Source of the DNA: Pseudomonadota bacterium
GTDB taxonomy: Bacteria > Myxococcota_A > UBA796 > UBA9615
Length of the DNA stretch: 64,000 bases
Direction of reading: 5' to 3'
Assembly (NCBI GenBank): GCA_024229515.1
Contig: JAAESI010000275.1
Coordinates: forward strand, 131,181-195,180
Shown: one piece after another, positions 36,412 through 49,309 of the stretch
How the letters are laid out: every line of letters starts with the position of its first letter
How positions within the stretch are numbered: the first letter of the stretch is position 1
Position numbers and translations under genes: made by a program
Notes under the pieces: generated by a model
The model's input: only the letters and a program-made list of their open reading frames with translations
Told to the model about the DNA's origin: nothing
The model's database searches: none

Positions 36412-37245
36412 ATGATCGAGTTCAAGAACGTCACCAAGCGGTACGGCCGATTCGGAACGGCCCTCGAAGGCATCGATCTGACGATCGATACGGGACAGTT
36501 CGTGTTCGTCACGGGCTCTTCGGGTGCCGGCAAATCGACCCTCCTGAAGCTTCTGTACGCCGCTGAGCAGCCTACGACTGGCGACGTGCTCATCGAAGGG
36601 CGATCGGTCGCCCGTTTGCATCCGCGATCGGTCCCCTACCTCAGGCGAAACCTGGGGGTGGTGTTTCAGGACTTCAAGCTGCTGCCCCAGCGGACGGTGA
36701 TCGAGAACGTCGCCCTGCCGCTGGAGGTCACCGGCACGCCCCGGGCGGAGATCGCCGCGCGGGTGACGGAAGTCATCAAACAGGTCGGACTCAAGGGGCG
36801 CGGAGATCGTCGGCCCGGCGAGCTCTCCGGAGGCGAGCAGCAGCGTGTTGCGATCGCCCGCGCGGTGGTCGGCAAGCCGAGCATCGTCATCGCCGACGAG
36901 CCGACGGGGAACCTGGACGCGGCCCTGACCCACGAGATCTTCGAACTGCTGGTGAAGCTGCACGAGCAGGACGGCACGACGGTGTTGGTGGCGACGCACG
37001 ACACGGTCGAGCTGGATCACTGGAACTTCCGTCGGATCGCTCTGCGGGACGGCCGGCTGGAGCCCGGCGGGACAGATTCCCTGCCCCTGCCGCCGCCGGC
37101 CGGGGCCGAGGTCATGAAGGCGGCTGCCGGTCCGGAGCCTGAGCCCGAGGACGAACCCGAGGACGAGGACGAGGACGAGGACGAGCCCGACACCGATCCC
37201 GACGCCGACCCCGGGGACGACGAGCCCGACGAGGCAGCCTCGTGA
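36412..37245 (+). CDS. ftsE: Cell division ABC ATPase FtsE, with acidic C-terminal extension
   Basis: GSSGAGKS, VVFQDFKLL, LSGGEQQR, IADEPTGNLD, ATHD; upstream of ftsX. Confidence 0.93.
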   Translation: MIEFKNVTKRYGRFGTALEGIDLTIDTGQFVFVTGSSGAGKSTLLKLLYAAEQPTTGDVLIEGRSVARLHPRSVPYLRRNLGVVFQDFKLLPQRTVIENVALPLEVTGTPRAEIAARVTEVIKQVGLKGRGDRRPGELSGGEQQRVAIARAVVGKPSIVIADEPTGNLDAALTHEIFELLVKLHEQDGTTVLVATHDTVELDHWNFRRIALRDGRLEPGGTDSLPLPPPAGAEVMKAAAGPEPEPEDEPEDEDEDEDEPDTDPDADPGDDEPDEAAS

Positions 37246-38135
37246 CGCCCTACGCCGTCCGCCGCGCCTTCAAGGGCATCGTCGAGCATCGCTTCCTCGC
37301 CGTGGCGACGATCGGCACCGTCGCCACCGTGCTCATCCTCGGCGGCGCGTTCCTGCTGGTCATCACCAACCTCTCGGGCCTGCTCGACCGCTGGGGCCAG
37401 GACGTGCAGGTCAGCTGCTACCTCCGCGAGGACGTCGGCGACGAGGCGCTGTTCGCCATCAAGGCGGAGATCGAGGCCATGCCGGAGGTCATCTCCGTCC
37501 GGTACGTCAGCCAGGACGAGGCGCTGGAGCGGTTCGGTGAAGCAGTCGACGGCATGGACCGCATCCTCGCCGACCTGGACAGCAACCCCCTCCCCGCCAG
37601 CCTGGAGGTCCGCCTCCGCCCCGAGCTCCAGCAGCCCGCCCGGGTCGCCGACGTCGCCTCGCGGCTGTCACGCCCCGAGTTCGAGGACATGGACTGGAGT
37701 CAGGAGTGGGTGGAGCGGTTCCACACCTTCTTGGGGCTGCTGCGGCTGAGCGCGCTGGTGCTCGGAACGCTGCTCCTGGCGGCGGCGATGTTCCTCGTCA
37801 ACACGACGATCCGCCTCGCGATCCACTCGCGCCGCGACGAGCTCGAGATCATCCAGCTCGTCGGCGGCACCCGGTGGTTCGCGCGGACCCCGTTCGTGGT
37901 CGAGGGGATGGCCCTGGGGGGACTCGGAGCGCTGGTCGCCCTCGCCGTTCTTCCCCTCCTCTACAAGTACGCGTTCGTGCAACTGCAAGCGTCCCTGGGG
38001 ATGCTCCTGAGCATGGGCACCGTCGAGTTCCTGCCGGTTCCCACGCTGCTGGGCTTGTTCGTCGCGGGGCTCGCCGTCGGCTTCGTCGGCGCCTTCACGT
38101 CCGTCATCCGCTCCAACGTCGGGACCGTGTCGTGA
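37242..38135 (+). CDS. ftsX: Cell division permease FtsX
   Basis: TM1, periplasmic domain (YVSQDEAL, NPLPAS), NTTIRLAI..RRDELEI..LVG, PF..EG. Confidence 0.92.
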   Translation: MTPYAVRRAFKGIVEHRFLAVATIGTVATVLILGGAFLLVITNLSGLLDRWGQDVQVSCYLREDVGDEALFAIKAEIEAMPEVISVRYVSQDEALERFGEAVDGMDRILADLDSNPLPASLEVRLRPELQQPARVADVASRLSRPEFEDMDWSQEWVERFHTFLGLLRLSALVLGTLLLAAAMFLVNTTIRLAIHSRRDELEIIQLVGGTRWFARTPFVVEGMALGGLGALVALAVLPLLYKYAFVQLQASLGMLLSMGTVEFLPVPTLLGLFVAGLAVGFVGAFTSVIRSNVGTVS

Positions 38136-39169
38136 ACCGCGCCGTGGCCGTCGTGCTGCTGCTGCTGGCGGTGCCGGCGGGAGCGCAGACCCGCCAGGAT
38201 CGGTTGGACGCGCTGGACCGGCTCGAGGTCGAGCTGTTGCGCATCGACGAAGAGCTGCGGGCGGCGTCGATCCGCCTCCGCGAGCAGGATGGGCGCCTCC
38301 GCGAGCTGGAGGCCGACCTGGCGGAGGCCGAGGAGCGGCTGGAAGAGCGACGCGGACGGCTTGAGCTGCGGCTGCGGGCGATGTACCGCATGCGGCACCG
38401 GGGCTTCCTCCCCCTGCTGTTCGCGGCCGACAGCCCCCATGAGCTGCTTCGATCGGCCCGGTACCTGTGGTGGATCGTGCGCGCGGACCAAAGCGCGATC
38501 GACGACTGGCGGGCCCAGGAGGAGGCGGTTGACCAGCTGCGCGCGAGCGTGGAGGCGGAGCGGGAGTCGCTGCTGCAATGGGCGGGCGAGCAGAGCCTCC
38601 GGCGTGAGCAGGCGCTGGCGGAGCGGGGCGAGCACGAGGCGTCGGTGGGCCGCGTGCGCAGCTCGACCGACCGGCGGCGGATGAAGACCGTCATCGTGCC
38701 CGACGGCAACCCGAGCCCCACCGTCGACGTCTCCATCGACCTGCGCGGAGAAGAGCCGCCGCCCGAGTTGGCCTCCGAGGTCGTCGCCCCCCAGACGACG
38801 TTCGAGCGGAGCAAGGGCATGCTCCCCCTGCCCGCCGTCGGCACCCTCGAGCGGGCCTCCCGCGGCGTCGACATCGCCGTCATCGAGGGCAGCTCGATCC
38901 GCGCGGTCCACGGCGGCACGGTCTTCAAGGTCGTCGACATCGAGGGGTTCGGCCGCGTCTGCATCCTCGACCACGGCGACGGCTGGCACACGGTCTACGG
39001 CCTCGCGGAGGGCTTCGACGTGCGCTCGGGCGAGCACGTGGCGGGCGGCGACGTCATAGGACGGGCGGGCGCCAACGGCCTGCACTTCGAGGTCCGGCAG
39101 GGCCGCGACGCCGCCGATCCGTTCGAATGGCTCGCCATCCCCCCCGGAGTGAGGGTACGAGGGCGCTGA
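38132..39169 (+). CDS. envC: EnvC-like murein hydrolase activator (coiled coil + degenerate M23/LytM)
   Basis: Signal peptide, coiled coil, GVDI...DHGDG..TVY...LHFEVR; follows ftsEX. Confidence 0.8.
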   Translation: MNRAVAVVLLLLAVPAGAQTRQDRLDALDRLEVELLRIDEELRAASIRLREQDGRLRELEADLAEAEERLEERRGRLELRLRAMYRMRHRGFLPLLFAADSPHELLRSARYLWWIVRADQSAIDDWRAQEEAVDQLRASVEAERESLLQWAGEQSLRREQALAERGEHEASVGRVRSSTDRRRMKTVIVPDGNPSPTVDVSIDLRGEEPPPELASEVVAPQTTFERSKGMLPLPAVGTLERASRGVDIAVIEGSSIRAVHGGTVFKVVDIEGFGRVCILDHGDGWHTVYGLAEGFDVRSGEHVAGGDVIGRAGANGLHFEVRQGRDAADPFEWLAIPPGVRVRGR

Positions 39170-39909
39170 TGCTTTCGGTCGTCCTGCCCGCGCACAACGA
39201 AGCCGACAACCTCGCACCCATGCTGCGCGACGGGTTCGCGGCGCTGGATCCGTTGGCCGATCCCCTCGAGTTCGTCATCGTCGACGACGGCAGCACCGAC
39301 CGCACGTGGGCGGTGCTGGAGCAGTTGGCGCAGAGTGACGCCCGCGTGCGCCCCGTGCGTCACGAGCGGAACCGCGGCTACGGCGCTGCGTTGGCGACCG
39401 GCCTCGCCGCGGCCCGCCACGACCTCGTGCTGCTGTGCGACGCCGACCGGCAGTTCGACCTCGCCGACGCCCCCGCGATGCTGGAAGCGGCAGAGGACAG
39501 CGACGTGGTGGCGGGCTACCGCGCGCCCCGACGCGACCCCGGAGGCCGTCGGTTCATCGGCCAGACGTGGTCCCGCCTCGTCGGTGGCCTGTACGGCCTC
39601 GGCGTCCGGGACGTGAACTGCGCGCTCAAGCTGTTCCACCGTCGGGCCCTGGAGTCGGTGGAGATCCGCAGCCGCGGAGCCCTCGTCAGCGCCGAGATCC
39701 TCGCGCAGGTGCGCGGCGCCGGGCACCGCATCGCCGAAGTCCCCGTCCGCCACTACCCCCGCACCGCCGGGGCTCAGTCGGGCGCGCGGGCGGACGTCGT
39801 GCTCAAGGCGCTCCTGGAGCTGGTGCAGAACCACCGCCGGCTGCGTGCATGCGCGCGACCTCCACGGGGAACAGGATCGCGTAGCCGTCAGTCTTCGCCG
39901 CTTCGATGA
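39169..39909 (+). CDS. Glycosyltransferase family 2 (DPM synthase/GtrB-like)
   Basis: SVVLPAHNE, VDDGSTD, NRGYG, DAD, DVNC..KLF motifs. Confidence 0.9.
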   Translation: MLSVVLPAHNEADNLAPMLRDGFAALDPLADPLEFVIVDDGSTDRTWAVLEQLAQSDARVRPVRHERNRGYGAALATGLAAARHDLVLLCDADRQFDLADAPAMLEAAEDSDVVAGYRAPRRDPGGRRFIGQTWSRLVGGLYGLGVRDVNCALKLFHRRALESVEIRSRGALVSAEILAQVRGAGHRIAEVPVRHYPRTAGAQSGARADVVLKALLELVQNHRRLRACARPPRGTGSRSRQSSPLR

Positions 39910-40849
39910 AGGTCTCGGCGGTGGCCGCGCCGTCGGCGGTCACGTCCACCGTGACGATTCCGTAGCCCCGACGGACCGCGAGGTTCCGCGTCAGCACCTC
40001 GCCCTCTTCCGTGCCGAGGTGTCCGGCGCGTCGCAGGTAGCGCACCCCCGCGGCCGCGGCGGCGGCTCGCAACACGGTGGGGTCGGCCGTTCGTCCGTCC
40101 ACGAGGGCGACGTCGCGAGCGGCGAAGGGAGCCAGCCAGGCCGCCGCATCGACGGACTCCGGGAGCCCGTGGGCCAACAGGGCGACCTGAGCGTCGGGGG
40201 CCGCAGCCAACTGCTCGGCCACGTCCTCGCCCTCGGTGAGCAGCAGGACGACCTCCTTGCTGTCCCACGCCGCCTGGCGCGAGGACGCCACCGCGTGCGA
40301 CGCGTACGGGCGGATCCCGACCGCCAGGGGCGACTTCCACCGCCCCAGGCTGCGGAGGCGGGAGTCATCGCGCTCCTCCAGCAGGAACACGAAGCCGAGC
40401 TCGGGGGGGTCGGAGCCGCTGACGACGGGACGCTCGGGGAGCCAGGGACGCACCTCGCGGGTCAGCAGCAGATCCTGGGCGCCGATCACGCGCAGGCGCC
40501 AGATCAGGTCGTCCACCTTGGTGACGTAGACCTCGCAGTCGCGCAGCCCCTCGTGGGCCCGCAGTGCTTCCTGCAGCGACCGGGCCGACGCTCCCCGAGG
40601 CAGCTCCAGCAGGTCGTCCCCGCCGTCTCCGGGGGCGCCTAGCGTCACCAGGGTGCGGTGCACGATCTCCGCCGCCATCTCCGGGCTGGGCAGGTCCAAC
40701 GCGGGTGCGGGCGTGGAGGCGGACGCCTCGGTGGTGCCGGGCACGGGAAAGAGGTGCTGCCAGGCCCACGGAGCCACGCGCACCACCGCCAGGGTCAGGG
40801 CCACGGCCCCGAGGATCCAGAGGATTGCTGTGGTGCGACCGCCGCTCAC
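39803..40849 (-). CDS. Divergent polysaccharide deacetylase (YibQ-like) family protein, degenerate
   Basis: N-terminal TM; PLAVGIRPY, KEVVLL, LVDGRT resemble the YibQ fold; directly downstream of ctpA. Confidence 0.5.
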   Translation of the reverse strand: MSGGRTTAILWILGAVALTLAVVRVAPWAWQHLFPVPGTTEASASTPAPALDLPSPEMAAEIVHRTLVTLGAPGDGGDDLLELPRGASARSLQEALRAHEGLRDCEVYVTKVDDLIWRLRVIGAQDLLLTREVRPWLPERPVVSGSDPPELGFVFLLEERDDSRLRSLGRWKSPLAVGIRPYASHAVASSRQAAWDSKEVVLLLTEGEDVAEQLAAAPDAQVALLAHGLPESVDAAAWLAPFAARDVALVDGRTADPTVLRAAAAAAGVRYLRRAGHLGTEEGEVLTRNLAVRRGYGIVTVDVTADGAATAETFIEAAKTDGYAILFPVEVARMHAAGGGSAPAPGAP

Positions 40850-40858
40850 GCGGCGACT

Positions 40859-42136
40859 CTACTCGGCCGAGGGCTCTTCGGCTTCGGCCGGGAGGGCGGC
40901 GGTGGGCTCACCGAAGAAGGCCTCCGTGCGGACCGGATCGGCCAGCCATGCGACGGCGACGTGCATCTCCGGATCGGAGGAGACGGCCTCATCGACCACG
41001 ACCTCGTCCAGGAGGGCGGCGAGGTCCCCCTCGGGATCCTCGGCGCCGCGCTCGCCCAGGGCGATGTCCGGCGAGATGCCGGTGCCGTGGATGTGGTGGC
41101 CGGCGGGGGTGTAGTAGCGCGCCGTCGTCAGCTTCAGCGCGCTGCCGTCCGACAGGTCGAAGAACATCTGCACCGAGCCTTTGCCGTAGGTCTGGTAGCC
41201 GATGAGCTTGCCCCGGTCGTGATCCTTGAGGGCCCCCGCGACGATCTCTGCCGCCGAAGCCGATCCGGAGTCCACCAGCACCGCGATCGGCGTGACGGTG
41301 TCGGTTCCCGCGGGGTGGGCTTCGTCGCGCTGACGCAGGGTCCGCCGGTCGATGGTCGAGACGATGGTGCCCTGGTCGATCCACAGATCCGCGATGGCGA
41401 CCGCCTGGCTCAGGTAGCCGCCGGGGTTGCCCCGCATGTCGAGCACGATGCCGTCGAGGGAGTTGCCGTTGGCTTCCTCGAGCTCGGTCAGCGCCCGTCG
41501 AACTTCGTCGAAGGTGCGGCGCTGGAACCGCTCGACCTTGACCAGGCCGATGCCGCCGTCGATCAACGCCGAGTCGACCGAGCGGGTGCGCACGCGATCG
41601 CGCCGCACGGAGATGTCGAGGGGGACCTCGGTGCCGTCCCGCAGCACGGACAGGACCACGACGGTGCCGCGGTCGCCCCGGATGCGGGCCAACGCGCCTT
41701 CGGTGCCGATCTCGGTGACGGACGCGTCGTCGACGGCCACGATCTCGTCGCCGGCGAGGATTCCGGCTTCCGCGGCCGGTGAGCCTTCCAGCGGCACGAC
41801 CACGAACACCTGCTCCCCGCGGGTCTCGACCTCGATCCCAACGCCGAAGTACTCGCCCGAGGTCTGCTCTCGCATCTGCGCGTAGCGGTCGGGATCCAAG
41901 AAGACGGAGTGGTCGTCCAGGCCCTGCGTGAGCCCGCCGATGGCGTCGTACAGCAGGGTGTCGGGGTCCCGCTCGTCGACGTAGTGGGCGTCGATCTTCG
42001 AGAGCGCCTCAGCAAAGACGTGCAGCTTTTCGAAGGGGTACGCGCCCGCTGCGGCGGTCAGGGCCGCACCGGTGAGAATCCCGGCGGCGAAGGCGGCGAA
42101 CACAGACGACGAACGAAACCGCATCTCACGAAGCAT
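40859..42136 (-). CDS. ctpA: S41 carboxyl-terminal processing protease
   Basis: GVG PDZ loop, LDMRGNPGG, SASAAEI (catalytic Ser), TYGKGSVQ, YYTP; start may be ATG 42124. Confidence 0.92.
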   Translation of the reverse strand: MLREMRFRSSSVFAAFAAGILTGAALTAAAGAYPFEKLHVFAEALSKIDAHYVDERDPDTLLYDAIGGLTQGLDDHSVFLDPDRYAQMREQTSGEYFGVGIEVETRGEQVFVVVPLEGSPAAEAGILAGDEIVAVDDASVTEIGTEGALARIRGDRGTVVVLSVLRDGTEVPLDISVRRDRVRTRSVDSALIDGGIGLVKVERFQRRTFDEVRRALTELEEANGNSLDGIVLDMRGNPGGYLSQAVAIADLWIDQGTIVSTIDRRTLRQRDEAHPAGTDTVTPIAVLVDSGSASAAEIVAGALKDHDRGKLIGYQTYGKGSVQMFFDLSDGSALKLTTARYYTPAGHHIHGTGISPDIALGERGAEDPEGDLAALLDEVVVDEAVSSDPEMHVAVAWLADPVRTEAFFGEPTAALPAEAEEPSAE

Positions 42137-42252
42137 AGGTCACCGGCCGACGTCGCGCATGGGCACTTCAGTGACCACCCGCCCACGCGGGTGCGGGTTG
42201 ACACCCCTCCCGCCAGCCTGCTGAAGTGCCATCCAGAGGACGGGTCCACCCC

Positions 42253-42606
42253 ATGAGTGCCGAAAGTCGCGAACACAACCGCCGCCCCCTGCGGCTCCAG
42301 CTCAACTACCGCGACGCCACTGGCGGGAACTTCCTGTACCAGTACAGTCAGAACATCAGCAAAGGCGGGATCTTCATCGAGACCGACACGCCGATGCCGT
42401 CCGGCGCCAGCCTCGTGGTCCGCTTCGCGGTCCCCGACAGCGACGACTCGATCGAAGTCGAAGGCACGGTCGTCTGGGTGAACGAGTTCAAGGAGGGCGG
42501 GGACAACCCGAACCCCGGCATGGGCATCCAGTGGACGAACCTGGACGACGAAGCCCGCGGCACCATCGCGGCCGTGGTCAAGGCGATCGCGATCCTCCCC
42601 GACTGA
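42253..42606 (+). CDS. PilZ-domain protein, TIGR02266-type (c-di-GMP receptor candidate)
   Basis: RxxxR (REHNR), NISKGGIF and PGMGI motifs. Confidence 0.88.
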   Translation: MSAESREHNRRPLRLQLNYRDATGGNFLYQYSQNISKGGIFIETDTPMPSGASLVVRFAVPDSDDSIEVEGTVVWVNEFKEGGDNPNPGMGIQWTNLDDEARGTIAAVVKAIAILPD

Positions 42607-42615
42607 GCTGAGTCC

Positions 42616-44010
42616 CTAGACGGCCTCGCACACGAGGTCGTACCCCGCAGCCTGCACGACCTCCATCGGCACGATGTCGCCGAACTTCGCGCCCTTGGCC
42701 TCGGTCACGATCACGCAGCCGTCGATCTCGGGCGCCTGGGTCGCGGCGCGCCCCTTCCACAGCAGCTCGGGCTGCTCGGGGTGCGTGCCTTCGATGAGCA
42801 CGTCGATGACGTCGCCGACGCGCTGCTCGCTCTTGGCGGCGTGGATGCCCTGCTGCAGGGTCATCAACGCGTCGCGCCGCTCCTGCTTGATCGCCTCGTC
42901 CAGCTGATCGGGCAGATGCGCGGCGGGCGTCTCGTCCTGGGGGCTGAACGTGAACACCCCGACGTTGTCGAAGCGCTGCGCCTCCACGAAGTCGTACAGC
43001 TCCTGGAACTGAGCGTCGGTCTCGCCGGGGAAACCGACGATGAAGCCCGTGCGGATGGCGACCCCGTCGATGCGGCTCCGCAGCTTCTCCAGCAGCCGCT
43101 CCGTGCGGTCCTTGCTCACCCCCCGACGCATCGCCTTAAGGATGGGGTTGGAGATGTGCTGCAGCGGCATATCGAGGTAGGGCACGATGCTGTGGAGCTC
43201 GGCGATGGTGTCGATGAGGGCGTCGTTGAACTTCGCCGGGTAGCTGTACATCAGCCGCACCCAGTCGATGCCGTCGATGCCGTCGAAGGCGTGGAGCAGG
43301 TCGGGGAGCCGGTCCGAGCCGATGTCGCGGCCCCAGGAGTTGCTGTCCTGGCCGACGAGGTTGATCTCCTTGATCCCGGCCCCCGCGAGGGCGCGGACCT
43401 CATCCACGAGCACGGGCAGAGGGCGGCTCATGAGGTCGCCGCGGAGCTTGGGGATGATGCAGAAGGTGCAGCGCTGCGGGCAGCCTTCGAGGATCTTCAC
43501 GTAGGCCGACCACGCCGTCAGCGTGTTCACCCGCGCTTCGCCGCCCTGCACGTAGACGGGATCGCCGACGAGATCCGCGATCTGCGAGCCGGGGGCGACC
43601 ACGTCCAGGATGCGGTGGTAGTCGCCGGTGCCGACGAACGCGTCGACCTCCGGCAGTTCGGTCCGGAGCGCGTCGTGGTGGCGCTGGGCCATGCAGCCGG
43701 TGACGACGAGGCGCTCGGCCTTGCCCGACGTCTTGTACTCCGCCATCTCCAGCACCGTGTCGATCGACTCCTTGGTGGCGTCGTCGATGAACGTGCAGCT
43801 GTTGACGACGATGACGTCGGCGTCCCCGGGGTCGTCGCTCAGCTCCCAGCCGGCCTGGCCCATGCGGGCGAGCATGGCCTCACTGTCGGTGCGGTTCTTG
43901 GGGCAGCCGAGGCTGACGAAGTGGACCTTGCGGCCGTCCCCTTGCAGCTCCGACGGGATCGACGGAACGGCGGCGGAAGTGGGCTGAATGACGGGAAGAC
44001 GGCCGGGCAC
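42616..44010 (-). CDS. rimO: Ribosomal protein S12 methylthiotransferase
   Basis: SLGCPKN, NSCTFI, GCMAQR, radical-SAM CxxxCxxC (CPQRCTFC), APEIDG TRAM domain. Confidence 0.95.
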   Translation of the reverse strand: MPGRLPVIQPTSAAVPSIPSELQGDGRKVHFVSLGCPKNRTDSEAMLARMGQAGWELSDDPGDADVIVVNSCTFIDDATKESIDTVLEMAEYKTSGKAERLVVTGCMAQRHHDALRTELPEVDAFVGTGDYHRILDVVAPGSQIADLVGDPVYVQGGEARVNTLTAWSAYVKILEGCPQRCTFCIIPKLRGDLMSRPLPVLVDEVRALAGAGIKEINLVGQDSNSWGRDIGSDRLPDLLHAFDGIDGIDWVRLMYSYPAKFNDALIDTIAELHSIVPYLDMPLQHISNPILKAMRRGVSKDRTERLLEKLRSRIDGVAIRTGFIVGFPGETDAQFQELYDFVEAQRFDNVGVFTFSPQDETPAAHLPDQLDEAIKQERRDALMTLQQGIHAAKSEQRVGDVIDVLIEGTHPEQPELLWKGRAATQAPEIDGCVIVTEAKGAKFGDIVPMEVVQAAGYDLVCEAV

Positions 44011-44042
44011 GGAGCGTCAACTACGTGGGCATCCCAGCGGCG

Positions 44043-44658
44043 TCAACCACCTTCGATGGTGCGGTAGCCCGGAAGCTCGGCGTAGACGAAGGTCTCGAGG
44101 GCGAGCTCAGCGCCGGTGCGAACGTTGGACAGGACGACCTCGGTCTGGTCGCCGAACGGGGTCGTCACGGTCAGACCGGCGACGAGCCCGGTCTTGGCAT
44201 CGAAGCGCACGGCGATCGTCCCCAGGGTGTCGTTGGGGTCCTTGGGAGCGAGGTTCAGGCCTCCGCCCTCGGTGGCGGCGACGGTGTAGTGCGTCTCCAC
44301 GTCCTGCAGCCCGGTGAGGAACCCGAAGTACCGGGCCAGGGCCCCGGTCATGCCCCGGTAGACCGTGCAGGTCTTCTCCCGGCTGTCGACGATCCAGAGC
44401 GTGTCGCCATCGCTGAGGTAGTCCTGCCCGCCGGTGAACTTCCAGGCGAGCTTGCCGGGCTTGGCCAGCGCGATGGTCCCCTTCTGGACCAGGGGCTCCA
44501 TGTAGGACATCCCGGTGGAGGTCTGGACGAAGTCCCCCTGCAGCGTGGTCACGTCCTTGTAGGCGGCGGCGACGGCGGCGAGGCGCTCCTGCACCGGATC
44601 GGCGGGCTCGCCCGCGGACGCGACCGCCGGCAGCAGAAGAGCCGCCAGCAGCAGGGAT

Positions 44659-44669
<11 letters not shown>
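44043..44669 (-). CDS. lolA: Outer-membrane lipoprotein carrier LolA
   Basis: Signal peptide, DFVQ, KPGK..W, SDG..LW; downstream of ftsK. Confidence 0.85.
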
Positions 44670-47622
<2,953 letters not shown>

Positions 47623-47623
47623 G

Positions 47624-49309
47624 TCAAACCTCGACGTTTTCTACCATACGCCAGATCCGCACCCGGCATTCGACCTTCGTCCCCGTGCGTCGCTTGAGCA
47701 CCTGGCGCAGCGCGATGCGGCCTTCTTCGACGATCTCGGCCTCCGACGCGGTGGTCAGCCGGCCACTCAGAGCGGCCTGCAGAGCGACCCCGACTTCTCG
47801 CTCCATCGCCGCCTGCTCGGCCGCCACGAACACCCCCTGGGTGACGACGTGGGGCGTCCCCGCGAGCCCTGCGGACCACGGGAGGATGGCGGTAGCGCCG
47901 CCCGTACGGGCGAGCTTGCGGCGCGCACGGAGGGAGACGTCGGACGCCTTCCAGCGCATCGGACCGGCGACGAACACCGCCTCGGGCTTGTGGATCGGAT
48001 CGACCACGTCGACCTCCCCTGACTCGGGCCGGAGGGTCAGGGTCTGCCCCGACTCGGCCTGCAGGACCTGGTCCGACGTCAACCCCGCGGTCTTCAGCAG
48101 ATCGCGGTGCCGCCACAGGTGCCACTGCTGGCCGTGGACGGGGAGCACGTAGCGAGGGCCCACCGTCTGCACCCACTGGGCGAGCTCGTCGCGCGCGCCA
48201 TGCCCCGAGGTGTGGAGCTTGGGACCGCCCCCCCACGGGGGCTGCACGTCGACGCCGAGCCGGATGAGTCTGTCGGCCACCAGACCGACGGCGCGTTCGT
48301 TGCCGGGGATCACCCGCGCGCTCCAGCCGACCCAGTCGCCGGGGCCGAGGGTCACGTTCGGGTCTTCGGAGCGGGCGATGCGGGCCAGCGGCGCGCGCCA
48401 CTCCCCCTGCGTGCCCGTGACGACCAACACTCCTTCGCTCCTCGGTCCCGCCATCACAACATCGACGTTGGTGACGTCCTCGTTCTTCAACGGCACGAGC
48501 CCGAGGTCGACCGCCTCCTTGAACGTGGACTGCATGCTGCGGCCGTAGATCCCGACCCGTCGGCCGACCTTCCTGGCCGCGTGCACGCACGCCACGATCC
48601 GCTCGACGTGGGAGCCAAAGCTGGTGATCACGGCGAGCCCCGAGACCCGCTCCAGGGCTTCGGCGAGGTTGTCGACGACGTCCCGCTCGGGGAGCGTGCG
48701 CCCCGGGCTCCCGGCCCCCGTCGAGTCCACCAGGGCGAGGTCGACGCCCCGCTCCCGGAGCGCGGCCAGTCCCGCCAGATCGGTGGGCTCCCCCATCAGG
48801 GGGTCGTCCTGGATGCGGAAGTCGCCCGAGTGCACCACCGTGCCGTGGGGGGACTCCACCGACACCGACGAGCAGCTGGGCAGCGAATGGGTCACGCGAT
48901 GCCAGATCAGCGTCGCCTCCCCGATGGGCACCGACTCTCCCTGAACCACGCCGCGCAGCATCGCCTGCGACAGCTGCCGCTCCCGAAGCTGGCGCCGCAG
49001 CAAGGCCAGGGTGAACGCGGTTCCGTAGACGGAGAGCTCGGGCAGCGCCTGCATGAGATCCGCTACGGATCCGATGTGGTCGAGGTGCCCGTGGGTGAGG
49101 ATCAAGGCGCGAAGGCGGCCCTCGTTCCAGCGTCGGGAGGCGGCGTCGAACGGCGGACAGATCCGGTCGATGCCGGGATCGTCGGGCCCGGGGAAGAGGG
49201 CCCCGCAGTCGAACAGGAAGGAGTCGGGGCCCAGGTCGAGGGCGAGGTGGTGATGGCCCATCTCGCCGACGCCCCCGATGGGCTCGACGATGATCGAGCG
49301 ATCACCCAT
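47624..49309 (-). CDS. rnj: Ribonuclease J
   Basis: PIGGVGEMG, THGHLDH, HSLP, GDFR, GTQGE, IPGNE, HTSGH, PVHG; ATG 49309. Confidence 0.9.
   Translation of the reverse strand: MGDRSIIVEPIGGVGEMGHHHLALDLGPDSFLFDCGALFPGPDDPGIDRICPPFDAASRRWNEGRLRALILTHGHLDHIGSVADLMQALPELSVYGTAFTLALLRRQLRERQLSQAMLRGVVQGESVPIGEATLIWHRVTHSLPSCSSVSVESPHGTVVHSGDFRIQDDPLMGEPTDLAGLAALRERGVDLALVDSTGAGSPGRTLPERDVVDNLAEALERVSGLAVITSFGSHVERIVACVHAARKVGRRVGIYGRSMQSTFKEAVDLGLVPLKNEDVTNVDVVMAGPRSEGVLVVTGTQGEWRAPLARIARSEDPNVTLGPGDWVGWSARVIPGNERAVGLVADRLIRLGVDVQPPWGGGPKLHTSGHGARDELAQWVQTVGPRYVLPVHGQQWHLWRHRDLLKTAGLTSDQVLQAESGQTLTLRPESGEVDVVDPIHKPEAVFVAGPMRWKASDVSLRARRKLARTGGATAILPWSAGLAGTPHVVTQGVFVAAEQAAMEREVGVALQAALSGRLTTASEAEIVEEGRIALRQVLKRRTGTKVECRVRIWRMVENVEV

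Noticed and set aside
38800..39169. Missing Zn-ligand histidines in the M23 domain as a pseudogene sign
   Set aside because: A degenerate LytM site is the normal state of EnvC.
42198..42227. TTGACA upstream of the PilZ gene as a sigma70 promoter
   Set aside because: No convincing -10 at 16-18 bp spacing.
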